From NCBI GenBank assembly GCA_016748015.1, contig JAAOMT010000034.1, positions 1-64,000 on the forward strand: a stretch of DNA of 64,000 nucleotides, read 5' to 3'. The notes under the pieces were generated by a model that saw nothing but the letters and a program-made list of their open reading frames with translations, was not told the DNA's origin and did no database searches. The position numbers and the translations under genes are program-made. The DNA is from Geosiphon pyriformis uo1 (Eukaryota > Fungi > Glomeromycota). Every line of letters begins with the position of its first letter. Position 1 is the stretch's first letter. Shown piece by piece: positions 26,121-39,634 of the stretch.

Positions 26121-26828
26121 ATGATTATTCTCCGAAATATTCAACAAATATCCCAAAAGTTAATGTTAGCCTTAAAAACACTTCCTGACTTATCCATAAT
26201 GATTAATAGAAGTCAAATTAATTACATTCAGAAAGAAACCACAGCTCCAGTAGCAAATCATTCACAGAACTATCACCCCTATAGAAGAAAAACAAGAAGT
26301 CATTCTAAAAATAGGTTATCAAGACTTTTGAAGCAAGCACTAGAAGAAAGTCTTTTAATTGCCCCTATTGATATTCTATCAAATGCTACAATACAACAAA
26401 AACTTCTACTACTTCTCAATGAACAGAACAATGAACACACTCCTATTTATAAATACTTTCACATTGGAAAGACACTTTATGAATGAAAACTGAAACTTGA
26501 AGCAACATATCTCACTCCTGAAGCTATACAAAAACAAATCCACAATGAATTCAAAACAGCAGCTGGACCAACAAATACTTGCTACAAACTTAGAACAGCT
26601 TTTAGACTCTATAATTTGTTTAATACTTGTGAAAATGTTCTACAAAATCTAATACTACAACCAATAAAAATCCAATACATTGGCAAACTTACAGAACTGA
26701 AATTTCAACAATTTTTGGATCAGATTACTTCAATTATTTTGGATCACTATCTCAATATTACAGATAGTGCTTGGACTTCGATGGAGCTTAGTCTTGAGGA
26801 GGAGATTATATTACCAGTAGAATTTTAG
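26121..26828 (+). pseudogene. Gypsy C extra 3' ORF (ORF3), one internal TGA
   Basis: ORFs 26121-26486 and 26616-26828 lie in the same frame; PIYKYFHIG...TAFRLYNLF...GKLTELKFQQF. Confidence 0.75.
26796..26805 (+). promoter_or_regulatory. Polypurine tract of Gypsy C
   Basis: GAGGAGGAGA 3 nt before the 3' LTR. Confidence 0.8.
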
Positions 26829-27780
26829 CTATTAATTAGCATAAAATTACTCTTATAATTCCTATAATTAATTAGTATATTAATATTATTTCAAATTATT
26901 ATTTATTATTTAATCAATTATCACATATCATGATTTAATTAAAATAATCTAATTAGTATAACAGAAAGTAGGATGATCAAATTACACAATATCCTAAACT
27001 TTGTAACATTCTAAAATTCACCGAAATTTACAAAAATTTGCTGAAATTATGAATAGTTCACCCAAATTAATCAATAGTTTAGCGAAATAACTTGTAGTTT
27101 ATCAAAATGTATCTTTAGTTCACCGAAATTTGAGCAAAAAGAAAAAATGCAAGTTCATAGACTAGTACTACAACAAGTTGTATAAAAAAAGAGCTTTTTT
27201 CTTCAAAAAAATGTATCTTACTTTAGATTTATCTCTTAAAACCGTTCTTATACACACAAAAAGAAATAAATATTAAATAATTTGAAAAACCAAATTCTTT
27301 AATTATTGTACTTGGAAAATTCCCAAAACTCAACTAACATTTCAAAATTAATTAGCTACCAATTTCAGTAAACTGTTAGTAACTCCAGGCCTGGATAGAA
27401 AACGTTTCCCTTGACAGAATTCTATTTCTTTTACATTTCTTTTCTTTTTTTTTTCTTTTTTTATTACAATCATTAGGGTAGCCTACAGACGAGATTCCTG
27501 TAGAAGAGTTGACTTTCACAGCAAAGTAACTACACATTTTTAGTGAGCTCCCAGACAAGCAATTTCTGGGAAAGAGTTGACATTTACTACAATATAACTA
27601 CATAAAGTAACTAGCAAGGAATTGGCCATTCCACTTATAAGCCCAGCAGTTCAAATTATAGAAGATAATTTGAAGAGAAAATTCAGTTATTGGAGATTCA
27701 ACCACATCCAGAAAACGTGAATTCACAGCAAATAGGTATCAACAACATTACAGAAAAAAGACCAAAAACCTCTGGTAACA
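26809..27780 (+). repeat. 3' LTR of Gypsy C
   Basis: TATTACCAG (TG>TA)...CTGGTAACA; repeat of 17858-18848. Confidence 0.95.
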
Positions 27781-29345
27781 ACGTACATGCTAGGAAACTT
27801 GCCAAAGCAATCTTTTTTTAACTGTATAAGTGATAATGAAAATAAGCTGGTACTTCCTCCTTGTGTGACTTTGGGATCCAATGTGCTGCCACTGTTTGAA
27901 TCATGTGCCATGGAAAAATGGAGCTTCAATTTATTAAAGTCTTTTGTACTTGACATTGAACTTTTGGCTGTGTCTGGTAAGACTGTTGGTGATAAGTTAA
28001 TCTGTGTGAAAAAAATTTTATTGAGTAGATGGTTTTGGAGAAGCTTCTACTCCCTCAAAATTCCTAGAAATCATCAGATCTTCATTTATCTCTGAATCTA
28101 GCTTGAATAAGGCAAGAAAATTGGCAATTTGTAAGAAAATTGTGGTAAATAATAATTTCAAAAAGGTTAGCGGTTATTCAAATAAAGAAATTGTTGTTAA
28201 GAAAATTCCAGTTAATCTTTCTAGATTAGCTGTAGAATCTGTTTTTTCCAAGTTTGAAAAGATTGTATCAATCAAGATACAGTTGATTGGCCTGTGGCAG
28301 AAAGCTTTAGTGGAGTTTGAATCATCTAAAATAGCTGATTTGGTCACAGCTAAATGGTCAGTTTATATGGAAAAAAATTCTGTTTGTGTGGCAAAAGCTG
28401 TTGATGATAAACATTTGTGGATTTCTAAAGATCTACATTGGACATTGCTCTATACTCTTCCAGTTGGTACAACAGCTCATGATCTTTCAGATTTGTTAGA
28501 ATTATATGATAAGAAAACTTGTTTTATTGACTGTAATCCCATTTCATATGTACATAATAGATGTGCAATTGTGTGTTTTGTTGATGAGGCATCCAAATTG
28601 GCTGCTATTGGTTCTACTCCAGTATTTAAGAGTGTAAATTTGTGCTGGGCTGGCCTTTCTTTGGCCTGTTGTACTTATTGCAAACAGTTTGGTCATATCT
28701 CTACAGGGTGTTCATTGGGTGGAAATTTTGGTGCTTGTGGTAAGTGAATGGTAACTCCTCAGGATTGGGTCTGTTTGGCAAATATATATAAGAAGAAGCA
28801 AGTGCCAATTGTTTGCCCAGTTTTTTTCAATGGGAAAACTTGGATCCAGGTGGCTGGTGGTTCTTTGTCTTGTGAAATTTTGTCAAATTCTTCTAGTGTT
28901 GGCTCGTTTTCAGGTGCAAAACCTGTTTTATTGGTTTCTGACTCCCTTGGTAATTTCTGTTTAGCTGAGCGTTTGGCTTTTCTGGAATGCTCTTTGAAGC
29001 TTTTAGTGGACCAGGTTTCAGATATTTTGAAAAAATTGAGTTTTGTGGAATTGGTGTCTCTAATATCTAGTCCCCATATATCTCCTCTGGTTGCTGTTGC
29101 ATTTGTTACAGCTAATGGGGATTTGGATATGTCTCTTAATTTTGTGATAGTGTCTCCTTCTTCCTCTTTTTTAGCTGTTGCTGATTTAGTTGCTGACCTA
29201 AGCTCAAGTAGTCCAAAGTTCTAACCACCAAGGTGGATGGATTAGAGTCCAAGATGGTGGCTTTGGAGATGTCAGTTGACTCTGTTTTGGAAAGATTGGA
29301 TTGTTTGTGCTTAGAATTGGGTTTGTTAATCTCTCTTGCTCCTCA

Positions 29346-32300
29346 ATAAGAGACTTCATATGGAAATTCGTGACATGTAATGTTCATGGTATCAATGTCC
29401 CTGCCAAGCAGGAGGACATTATCCATTGGCATAAAAATTCTGGGAATTTGGTTTTGATAATTACAGAAACTAAGCTAAGATCTAGCAACAAACTTTAAAT
29501 TAAGGATAAGTTTAATGGTGTTAGGATTTTTTCATCTGGGTTGAATAAAGGCTTTCTTGGTGCTGGAGTCATGATCATTATGAATATTTCTTTAGCTCGT
29601 CATGTTAGTAAGGTTTCTGAGGTGCCAGGTCAGCTCTTTTTAGTCAAGCTGTTATTCAAAAATAAACTTTCTGTATCAATTTTGGGGCTTTATGTGAAGA
29701 TGTCTCTGGCTGTTTGTTTCTTTCAGTCTAATAATATCAATTCTATGATAGCTAAGATGGTCAATGAATCATTTTTTGTGGTTTTGGGTGGCGACTTCAA
29801 TAAAAATAATTTCTGAAAGTGTGCTAGTTTCAAAAAATGTCTAGATCTTGGTTTGGTCAATTTTTTGAGTGGAAGTTCTTATGTTAAAAAGCCCACATGG
29901 ACTAACTCTCAGGGTGTGGCTAAGACTATTGACTTTTTGTTTATTTCTTTGAACTTGGTTAATGCTGTGGTAGAACACGAGGTGTCAAATGTTGGTGAAT
30001 TTTTTGATATTGATCATCAGGCTGTTTTTATGTCTGTGAATTTGGGTAGGCTTTTGGACAAGCAAGCAAACAGAGATTAGTGGAAGTTTGATTTCAAAGG
30101 CACTAATGTCAATAAATGGGAAAAATTTAAAAATGCCACATTAGCCAATGCTGGGATGCTCTCTAATGAATTTGATACTGCTATCAAGCACTTGGACCTA
30201 GATGCTATGTGAGACGTTTTGCGCAAGATAATGACAATTTTGGCAAATGAGATATTTAGAAAGAAGTGGTTCAAGAATTTTGACAGTGTGTTTACCAAAG
30301 TTTTTTCAAAGTTTCATAAGTTGGAGCTTTTGGTCTCGAAAATTATCAAGGCCTCTCATGAAGAAAATGTTGCTAGTTTTGTCTCTCTTATGAAGTGTTG
30401 AGACTCTATGGACAATATCAAAACCTCAGTTGTTTAGGAGCTCATTGACTTTGGTATGGCCCCTAATCATGTTTGCTCTGTTCTCTTTGGTGTTAGGAAG
30501 TCTTATCATGCATCCAAGCTTGCTGAATCTTTGGCAGCTAAGGAAGCAAACATTAGGATGGCTATAGATAGGAGGATGGAAAGTTTTGAGATGAATAAGA
30601 GTTATACTATTAGGAGTGTTCTGGAGTGCTCTTTCCACAAAATGGTTCTAGACCATCTGGTAGTTAATGACAAGCTTATTTTGGAGCCCGATTCAGTTAA
30701 GTCTAAGGTAAATGTTATTATAAAAGATTGGACCAGGAAGCGTGGTGTGGTTGTTAATGTTTCTGATGTTTGGTTTCATTAATATTGGCCATTGGATTAT
30801 GTTTTTGATGAAGCCTTTTCTGGTGTCATGCATTTAGTTGAGTTAAGTAAGTTGCTTGATGTGATTTCCAATATGTCTGATGGCAAAGCTGCTGGTCTTT
30901 TGGGTATTACAAATGAGCTTTGGAAACATTATGACAAGTTAATTCTAGATATGCTTTTGGTGTTTTTAAATCTTTGCTTATCTTCCAAATTAATGCTTGG
31001 ATCTTGAGTAGAAGCTTGAATCTCAATGATTCCTAAATCTTATGAGTGGGAGGGTGTTCTCACAAATACCCACCCTATTGCTTTAATCGAAACAGCTCAT
31101 AAGATCTTTTCCAAGATCCTTTCCAATAGGATTTCTTTGGCATGCAGCTCTTTTGACATTTTTCGTGGAGACAATTTTTCAGTTTTAAAAAGTACAACAA
31201 CTCAGTCTCCTATTTTTGCTGTTGGATCAGTGGTTGAGAATGTATTAGAAAAGAATCAAGAACTCTGGTTGGTTTTGCAGGATATGCGGAAGGCATACAA
31301 TTCAGTTGGCTGGAAACATCTCGAGAAATGTTTGGTCAGAATCAAGATCTGTGGCAAGTTCATTCGGTTTTTTGGTGATATTTATAAAAATCGCACCAAC
31401 AGGGTGATGACAGACTTTGAACTGATGAATAGTTATTGTGTGCATGATGGTTTGAACCAAGGAGAGGTTTTTTCTCCTCTCTTGTGGCATATATTTTATG
31501 ATCCTCTACTATATGAAGTTAAGAGACAGGAAAGTGTATGTGGTTATAAGTTAAGTTCTCATTTTATTTCAAGGAATGATTATGTTGAGTCAAGGGCTGG
31601 GCTCTTTTCTTTTTTTGCTGCTGGTGTCTTTATTAATGATACAATTTGGGTTAGTAGTAGTCAAGCAGCTACTCAACACATTCTAGATGTTGCAAGTGAA
31701 TTTTTTTGGATAAATGATATTTCTATCAATAATGACAAGACAGTGGTCATTCCTATTAATAGCAGGGTCAGCACTCTTTCTCTTTTTATCAATGGCTTAC
31801 CAATCTCCATTGTCAAAAAGAGTAAATTTCATCAATATTTGGGTATTTTTCTATTAACTAAAGGTCTTTTAAAGCCTAGCTTGGCGAAGGCAAATTTAGA
31901 CATTCATTTTTTTACCAATCTGGTCCTGAAAAAAGCTGTCTCAGATAAGTAGTTCTTATATTTGGTGTTGGCAGTTTTTTATTCTATAGTTAGTTATAAG
32001 ACTCAATTCAGCTTTGTTCCCATTGGTATATGCAACAAGTAGGATGCCTTAATTCATAGAGGCTTGAAATTTAAATCCAGCCTACCTCTTAATTTTTCTA
32101 GTAATACAATTCATCATCCTTCCTTTTATGGTTTGAAATCTTTCTCTCAAGTTCAGTCTGAAAGCAAGGTGGCCTCTCTTGTTAGTTTTGCAAATTCGGG
32201 TGGCATCCTGGGATGCTTGTTCTCTCACAGGTTTCATGACTTGCAGGTTCTGTGCTGGTGCCCTGTTCATCCATTGAGTTCTTCTGTGCGTATTCATGCT

Positions 32301-34013
32301 AGTGCTTTCAATAACTTTCTGGTGGACATGGTTTGCATTCTTCTTGATTGTGATCTGTCTCTGAGTGGCTTTTTGGCCAACTTCTTTCGGTTTCATGGTG
32401 GGGTTTTTATGTCTGCTGTTCTAGATAAGTCACAGTTTCTTAGGTTTTTTTTTTCTCTCCAATGGTATGGTGTTGCCTTTGTAGATCAACTTTGTAATTA
32501 TCATGGTTCTGTCTTTGATTGGTACACCTTCAAGCATTAGAAAAGATTAGACTCTCATGGCTCTGTTCTTAAATGATTCAAGCTTTCTGTTACATTTCTT
32601 ATTGGTGGAGGTTTTTTTCTTCCTCGTCCCTCAGTTTTGGATGGGGTTGGTTCTTTGAACATTCTTGAATCTAGTGATTTTGTTTCTATTTGTGATCATC
32701 TTTTGCAAGTTAGTACCAACAGTTTGTTAGTATATACAGATGGGTCTCTTAGTAATTTGGGCTCAGTTAGTTGTAGAGCTGGCGCTGCCATGTTTTTTAA
32801 GGACATTGGTTTGGGTTTGGGTGTCAGTGTGTTAGGTTTGATGTCATCCACTTTGGCGGAGTTGCAGACTATTGCACTGGCTCTGAAGAGTGTTCCCCCA
32901 CTGAGCTCTGTTAATCTGTTTTCAGATAGTTAATCTGCTCTAGATGCCTATAAGTCTGAATTAGATCTAGCATGTCCTAACTTTTGTAATCAGTGCTGGA
33001 TCAAACATTGTTATATTGTCAATATTATTTACAGTAAGAATTTGAAGGTCAGCTGGTATAAGATTAAGAGCCACTCTGGCATTTCTGGGAATGAGTGCAC
33101 TGATATAATTGCTGGTGATGTTTCTCTCTCTGGTTGGTATTTTTCTCATTGCTTGGGTGAACACTTCATAGTGGCTGATGATAGTATGGTTTCTGGCAAT
33201 TCCAGACATTTTGTATGTGATGTTTATCATTTAGTTTGTTGTGTGTGCTGGGAGGTTGGTTCTGGTTCCAAGTTTTTGACAGATAGTTTGCTCTCTGAGG
33301 TTAACTGGCTCCATTTATCTTTGGTTTGGCACTCTGACTTGTACATGGCTGCTGGTTTTACCAGCAAACCTTCAGCTAATGCCCATTCTTATTTTATGAA
33401 GGCTTTGTACCACTGGCTGCCAGTTGTCATTTGGAAGTGCTTTTATAATAGACTATATCCAAGTGTATTGTGCTTATATTGTGGTGATGTGAAGGCATCA
33501 GATCATGTGTTCTTTTGCAGAATTGATGATTTTGTCTGATATTAGTTGTTGGAATCCTATGTGAACTCCTGAAAGGCAATCTCTGGTTTTTCTTATTCTT
33601 CTTTGGGCATTCTACAATTGTTGTCTTTATGTGTTTTTAACTCTTCTTTGTTTATGGCTCTTTATAAGAGTTTTGTTTTTAATGATTGGTTTCACGAGGT
33701 GGTTACCATTTTTCATGATTCCAAGGTTGCTGGTTTGGAAATTGTCAAATTTGTGTGTTCTCTTAGTCTTGATTTTAGAAGTAATGTTTGGTCAGTTTGT
33801 ACTAAACATCATACATATATGGAGAAATATGGGTTGATTTCCCTTGATAGTTTGATTCCTGTCTTGGTTTCTGGTTTGGCCTTTGGGTTGTCAGCTGAGG
33901 TGATCAAATTGCTTGGTATTGCTGATGCTTTTGGTGTTCATTTTGGCTTTTACAAATTTTGTTTTTTTTTTTTAGGTGTATGTAACTCAGTTTCGGTTTA
34001 CATAGCTGTATAG
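29346..34013 (+). pseudogene. LINE 2 ORF2 (APE-RT-RNaseH-CCHC)
   Basis: TCNVHG, TETKL, GGDFN; QDMRKAY, QGEVFSPLLW; YTDGS, AELQ, HSGISGNE; CLYCGDVKASDHVFFC. Confidence 0.9.
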
Positions 34014-34244
34014 TATTGTTCTGATTGGCCCGAATGGCTGGTTACATATAGAAAATGCATGATTTACACCTAGTTTAGATCAATTTTTTGATGTATAGCA
34101 CTAGGTAGTGTTTGGACCTCACTCATAAAGCAAATAAAAAAAAATAATATAGTTAATAATAACTTTTTTAAAGTAATTAAAAAAAAATTTTTTTTTAATA
34201 TTAATTTTGTTGTTTTAAACATGTTTTTTCTTTTATAAAAAATA

Positions 34245-36477
34245 AAAAAAAACTCTTTTTTATTTTATTTTTATAATTATGATCAGAGCAAAAAATAAAA
34301 AAGTTTCAAAAATTACTTTTTTTATAATAACTAATAAAGTTTTAACAAAAAAGAGTTTTTATTATTAAAGCAATTGATAAAATATTTTGGCAATATTTCT
34401 TTTAAATATTAGTGATAAAAAGCTGTTTTGACAGTTTTTGAATTATTTTTTTTATTTTTGGCTGATAATTTTTTTTCAGTCAAAGTTTTTTCTAAAAAAC
34501 ACATTTAAGTTAATCTTAATATTGTTTTTATTCTTTTTAAGAATTCTAAAGTTTTCAATAACTGGTCAATTAACAAGTTAGTTTTTTTTATTTTTTTTAT
34601 TAATATTATTACTATTACTTTACAAATAATCAAAAAGACTAAAAAGTTAAAAAAACAGTAGTAATTACTTGTATTTATTATTATTATACTAAATTTTTTG
34701 TGGTTTTAAATAAAATTTTGATTAAAATTTTCTTAATTACAACCAGCTTTTTTTTAACATAAACAACAACAATAATAGCATATCTTTTAAAATAAACCAA
34801 GATTAATTACTAGTTGTATTGTTAATTATGATGTCTCTTAACAGATTATTATTGATTTTAAAAGCAAAACAACTTATTAAGTTATTTGATCTTAAAAATT
34901 GGACTGATTAAATAGAAATTGAATTAATTTCTGCTTTTTTGTTTTTTGATACTGTTTTTAATAGTATTTGAAAAACAATTTTTAGTTGTCAAAAGTTTTC
35001 TAAGTAGATAGTCTTTATTTTAGTGTTTAATACTACTTTTAAAATCAAATTGGTCTTAGTTAATTTTTTGTTTTATTTGTTGTCTGGCTTTGTTAAACTT
35101 AAATTTGTTTTTAAAAACAATATTAAGTTGTTTTATATAAATTTTGCTTCTGAAACTTCTTTAGTTACTGTTATTAAATTTTTTATTAATGGTTCTTACT
35201 TTTTAATTACACTTAAAATTATAAAATTTTCTGTAATAGCTTTTGATTTTTATTCATTTTTGTTGTACTTTGCAATATTTTTTTGACATATTTTTTAATA
35301 ATATTAAGAATGTTTTTGGTATTTTTGGTGTTGTTACTTTTGTTAAGTTAAAGTTTACTAATTTGTAATAATATATTATTGTTAATTTTAAGAATTTTTT
35401 TCTGTTGTTGTTGCTTTTAATAATTAATCTGTACCAATAAAAAAAATAGTGTTCTAACTTTTTTTTTAATTAAAAAGAGATTATTATCTTAAAAAAAATT
35501 TTTAAAACCAAATTGGTTAATTTTTTTTTGGTTATACTACTTTTGAAATTAATAATATGATTTTTTAGATTAATAGTTGTATCTGCTTTATTTTTTATTT
35601 TTTTAATTTATATTATTATTAATATTTTGTTGTTGTTATTTTTGAGTTTTATAAAAAACTTCTAGATATTATTATTGTTATAAATAATAAAATTTAAATT
35701 ACTTGTTTGTTAACTATAAGATATTTTTATCTATTTTTTCTAAGTTGTCTTATAAGTTTGTTGTCAAATTTAGATTTTTTGTATTATTTGTTATTAATAA
35801 TAAGTTTTATACTATGGCTTTTGTCTTTTTGATTTTTTTTGCTGTTTTTTTAACTACTTTTATTTTTAATCCTGTTATTAAATCTAAATTGAATTTTTTG
35901 GAATCTTAAATTTCGAATTTGGCTGTTTTGGTAAAATTTATTGGTTTTTTAGTTGTTTTAATTATTTTTTTTATATTTAAAGATATGTGTAAAAATCAAA
36001 AAATTGAGAAAAATTTGCTTATTATACTTAATATTTTTTAGAACTTTATTTTTTTTAGCTAATTTATTTAAAAACTTTGTTAGTCTTAAAACTAAGATTA
36101 ATTTTAATAATTTAAATAATAATAATATAAATACTGTTAAAATATGTTTTTTGAATAAAAAAACAATTGATTATATAATTATTTTGTAACAAATATGTAA
36201 TCTTGAAATTAAAAATAGTTTTAAGAAAATTAGATTGTTTTTAAGTAAATTTATTTTTAATTCTAGGAATTTGAATAATATTATCAAGAAACTTAGTAAA
36301 CAGAATTTACTTTTGGCTTTTTTTAATTCAGTTTAATTAATGCTTTAACTAATTCAAGTAGTTAGTTATGTATAAAAATACATAAGTTATATCTAATTTA
36401 AACTACTTAGTTTAACATATTATATTAGATAGTAGTTGAATATATTTTGCTAAAATATAATAATAATAAAAATAAAA
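34245..36477 (+). mobile_element. AT-eroded ORF1-only LINE derivative (HAL1-like) with LINE-type 3' tail
   Basis: ATG at 34279. Eroded ORF1-like motifs at 35300-35560. 36340-36470 aligns to the LINE 3' UTR plus A-tail. No room for ORF2. Confidence 0.55.
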
Positions 36478-36779
36478 TTTTGTTTTTTTCTGTTTTTTTT
36501 TGTTTTTTATTAGTCTTATATTATTATAATATTTAATTTTATTATGAATAAAAATAAAAAACAATTTTATTCTAAATAATAACAATAAAACATATTGGTT
36601 TTTTAATTTAAATTAGTTTTTAATTATATTATTTAATATATTAATTTTTAGTTAATTATTCTTAATTTTAAAAACAAAACAAAACATGTTTTTTTATATA
36701 ATTTTATTTAATCAACTTATTAGATTATTTAATTTCAAAGATTAAACTAAATAATAAAATTAGTTCATATTAAGATTGT

Positions 36780-38830
36780 TTTTTAGTTTATATATAGTTT
36801 TATTAATATAAAATTGGTTTTTAAAAACAATACTAAGCTATTTTGTGTAAAATTTGTATTTTAAATCTTTTTAAATATTATTATTAAAATTTAATTTGAT
36901 AATTTTTTGTTTGGTATTTTAAAAATTGTTAAATCTTTTGTAATATTTGTTGTTTTTTTTGTTTTTGTTATTATTTTGTATAATGATTTTTTAAAATTAT
37001 TATAAATAATATTAAATATTTTGGTAAAATTTTTAATTTTAAATTAAAGTTTTTTAATTAATAATAATATATTATTGTATATTTTAAAAAATTTAAAACT
37101 ATTAAAACTATTTTTGCTTATTAATTAATTCTAATAATAAAAAATAATATTAAGATTTTTTTCTTAATAATAATAAAATTATTGTTTTTTAATATATTTA
37201 AAATTGAATTAAATAATTTTTTTTGATATACAGTTTTTAAAATTAAGAAATTGGTTTTTTAAATATAAAATTATATTTGTTTTATTTTTTAGTTTTTTGA
37301 TTTTTTTCAAAAATTAAAATATATAATTATTATATATTGATTTTTAAGTTAATTTAAATACTATTATTAATAAAACTAGTATATTAAAAAAAAGTTATAT
37401 TTAATAAAAAAACATTTAAATATTAAAATTTTAACTATTTAATTTTTAATTATAAAGTATTTTTATTTTTATTTTTTTTAAATTTGTAATTAATCTTAAA
37501 TATTTTGAATTTTGTTTTGTTAATATAAAATTTTATATTAAAAATATTATTTTTTTGGTCTTTTTTGCTATTATTGTAATTTTTAATTTTAAGTTAAATT
37601 TTTTAAAACTTAAATTAATTAAATTAATTTTATTAATTAAATTTATTATTAAACTTATTAATGTTTTGGTTTTTTGGTTATAAAATAATAATTTTTTAAA
37701 AAATAAAAGCTTTTAATCAAATTTAATACAAATAAAACTACTGTATAATTAACTGATTAATTATAATTATGTATAAGCTAATTGTTTTAAGTAACTTTAT
37801 TTTTATAATTTTAATATAAGTTTATTTTAATTAAATTTGAACTTAATTATATATTATAAAAATATTTAAATTTTTATTTATTTATATATACAAAAAAAAG
37901 ACAAATCTGTTTCTGAAAATAGTTATTATTTTATTAGAAGTTTTTTTAAGACCATTAATTTTGTTAACTAAGAATTCAAGTTTGTAGATAGTATTGTGGA
38001 CAAACTTTTTTGCAATTTGGTTAATATATATTGGATTTTTAATATATAGTACAATTAAATTCAATTTGGTTTTATAAGTTCTGTTTTTGTTATACTTAAG
38101 TTGTATTTTATAAAAGTTTTACATTACTAATTGTTTATAGCCAAAAAAAAAAATTATATAATCCAAGTTATTCTAGTGTGTTGTGTATTTAATATGGTTT
38201 AATAAAAAATTCAAATCATATGTTTTTATGTGTACACAATAATTATGTTAAGAAAGATTTAATTTTAGATATCATTAAAAAATGGACTGGTTTGCTAAGT
38301 GTTTGTGCTACTAACTATGTAATAATTTATTTATTTTGTAAAGTTGGAGTTTTATAATAAAAAATTGGATAACTAATATAATAAGTTTATTGAGAAATAA
38401 ATTAGATAATAGATTATTAGTCATTAATTTAGTTTGGAATTTTGCTAAAAGTTACAAATCTAATATCTGATTATCAACAGCCAAATTGAAAGTGCATTAT
38501 AAAAAATATGACCTTTTATTATATAATAAATTCATAGTTACAGTTGTAGTTAGTTTAACTTTTATGTGGTTTTGTAAAATGATTTATAATTTTGGCATCA
38601 AATTAGATATCCATATGTGTTTTGGTTTATATTTTTGTTTAAATAATATATAGTTTGGTTTTTTGTGAAATTTCTCTGTAATAAATAATTTAAGTATATA
38701 ATATTGTCTTAATTGGTCCAAGTAGTTGTTCATATGTAAAAAAAACATGAGTCATACTTAATATAAAATCTTATATAATTATATGTTTTTAGATAGTGAT
38801 TGGACTATATTCATTAATATTAATAAAAAA
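36780..38830 (+). mobile_element. AT-eroded, internally deleted LINE-related remnant
   Basis: 36810-37300 parallels 35100-35600. 38160-38190 resembles YPSVLC. 38702-38830 aligns to the LINE 3' UTR and A-tail. A further tail remnant lies near 39160-39255. Confidence 0.5.
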
Positions 38831-39634
38831 ATACAAAAAATAACACCATCAAAAAAATTAACTTGGTATTTAAATTTTTATATAATATTAATAAAAAGTA
38901 TCAACTTTATATTATTATGTATAAAAAATTTGTATTTAAAAAATAAATTGTAATAATTTTTAATTTAGTTAATTTTTGTTAAAAGTTAATTATTAAATAT
39001 AAAAAAATTAAAAAATTTAATATTGTATTAAAAATATATTATATATATATTTAAAATTTGTGCAAAATTTAAGTATATTTAAATATTATTTAGTTTTATA
39101 AAAAATTATTTATTTTTTTAAAATTTAATTATAGATGATTTAGTTATATTAAATATATAATATAATTTTAATTGAGTTAAATAATTGGTTATATATAAAA
39201 AACACATAAGTTATATTTATTTTAAAATATATATTTTATTATATTATAATAAAAATATTTAAATATTATTATTAATTAAAAAACAATAATAAATATAAAT
39301 TTTAAATTTTAAATAAACAATTAAATTAAATAATTTAATATATAATTTAAAATAAAAAATTGGGGTTGTATTTTTTATTATTAACCAAAAATATAATATT
39401 AAAAAATTAATAAAAAACTATTAGGTTTTTTATACATTTATAATAAATAAATAATAATTAATATAAATTTATTTTCAATAAAATTTTAAAATAAAACTTT
39501 CAATATTACTAAATTTTTTTGTAATTGACTTTAATCAAAAATGGGTTATAAATTTTAATAATTTTATTTAATCTCTGATTTGACTATTAGTAATGAATTA
39601 AAAATTTAACACATTGCAACCAAACCCTTGCATC

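Larger units (their letters stand above)
17858..27780 (+). mobile_element. Full-length Ty3/Gypsy LTR retrotransposon C (dUTPase-bearing, extra 3' ORF), degenerate
   Basis: Paired LTRs 17858-18848 and 26809-27780, PBS, gag-PR-dUT-RT-RH, integrase, ORF3, PPT. 4-bp TSD ATAT/ACGT. Confidence 0.96.
17345..34142 (+). mobile_element. Full-length LINE 2, interrupted in ORF1 by Gypsy C
   Basis: ORF1 ...KKTCT (17850) resumes TYMLGN (27781). ORF2 29346-34013, then 3' UTR and poly(A). TSD AATAATATAG 17335-17344 / 34143-34152. Confidence 0.92.

Noticed and set aside
35023-38064. F/I/K/N/L-rich ORFs in AT tracts (also 51650, 52788, 60841) as genes or organellar inserts
   Set aside because: Compositional artefacts of eroded TE sequence; several align to LINE/LTR copies in this window.
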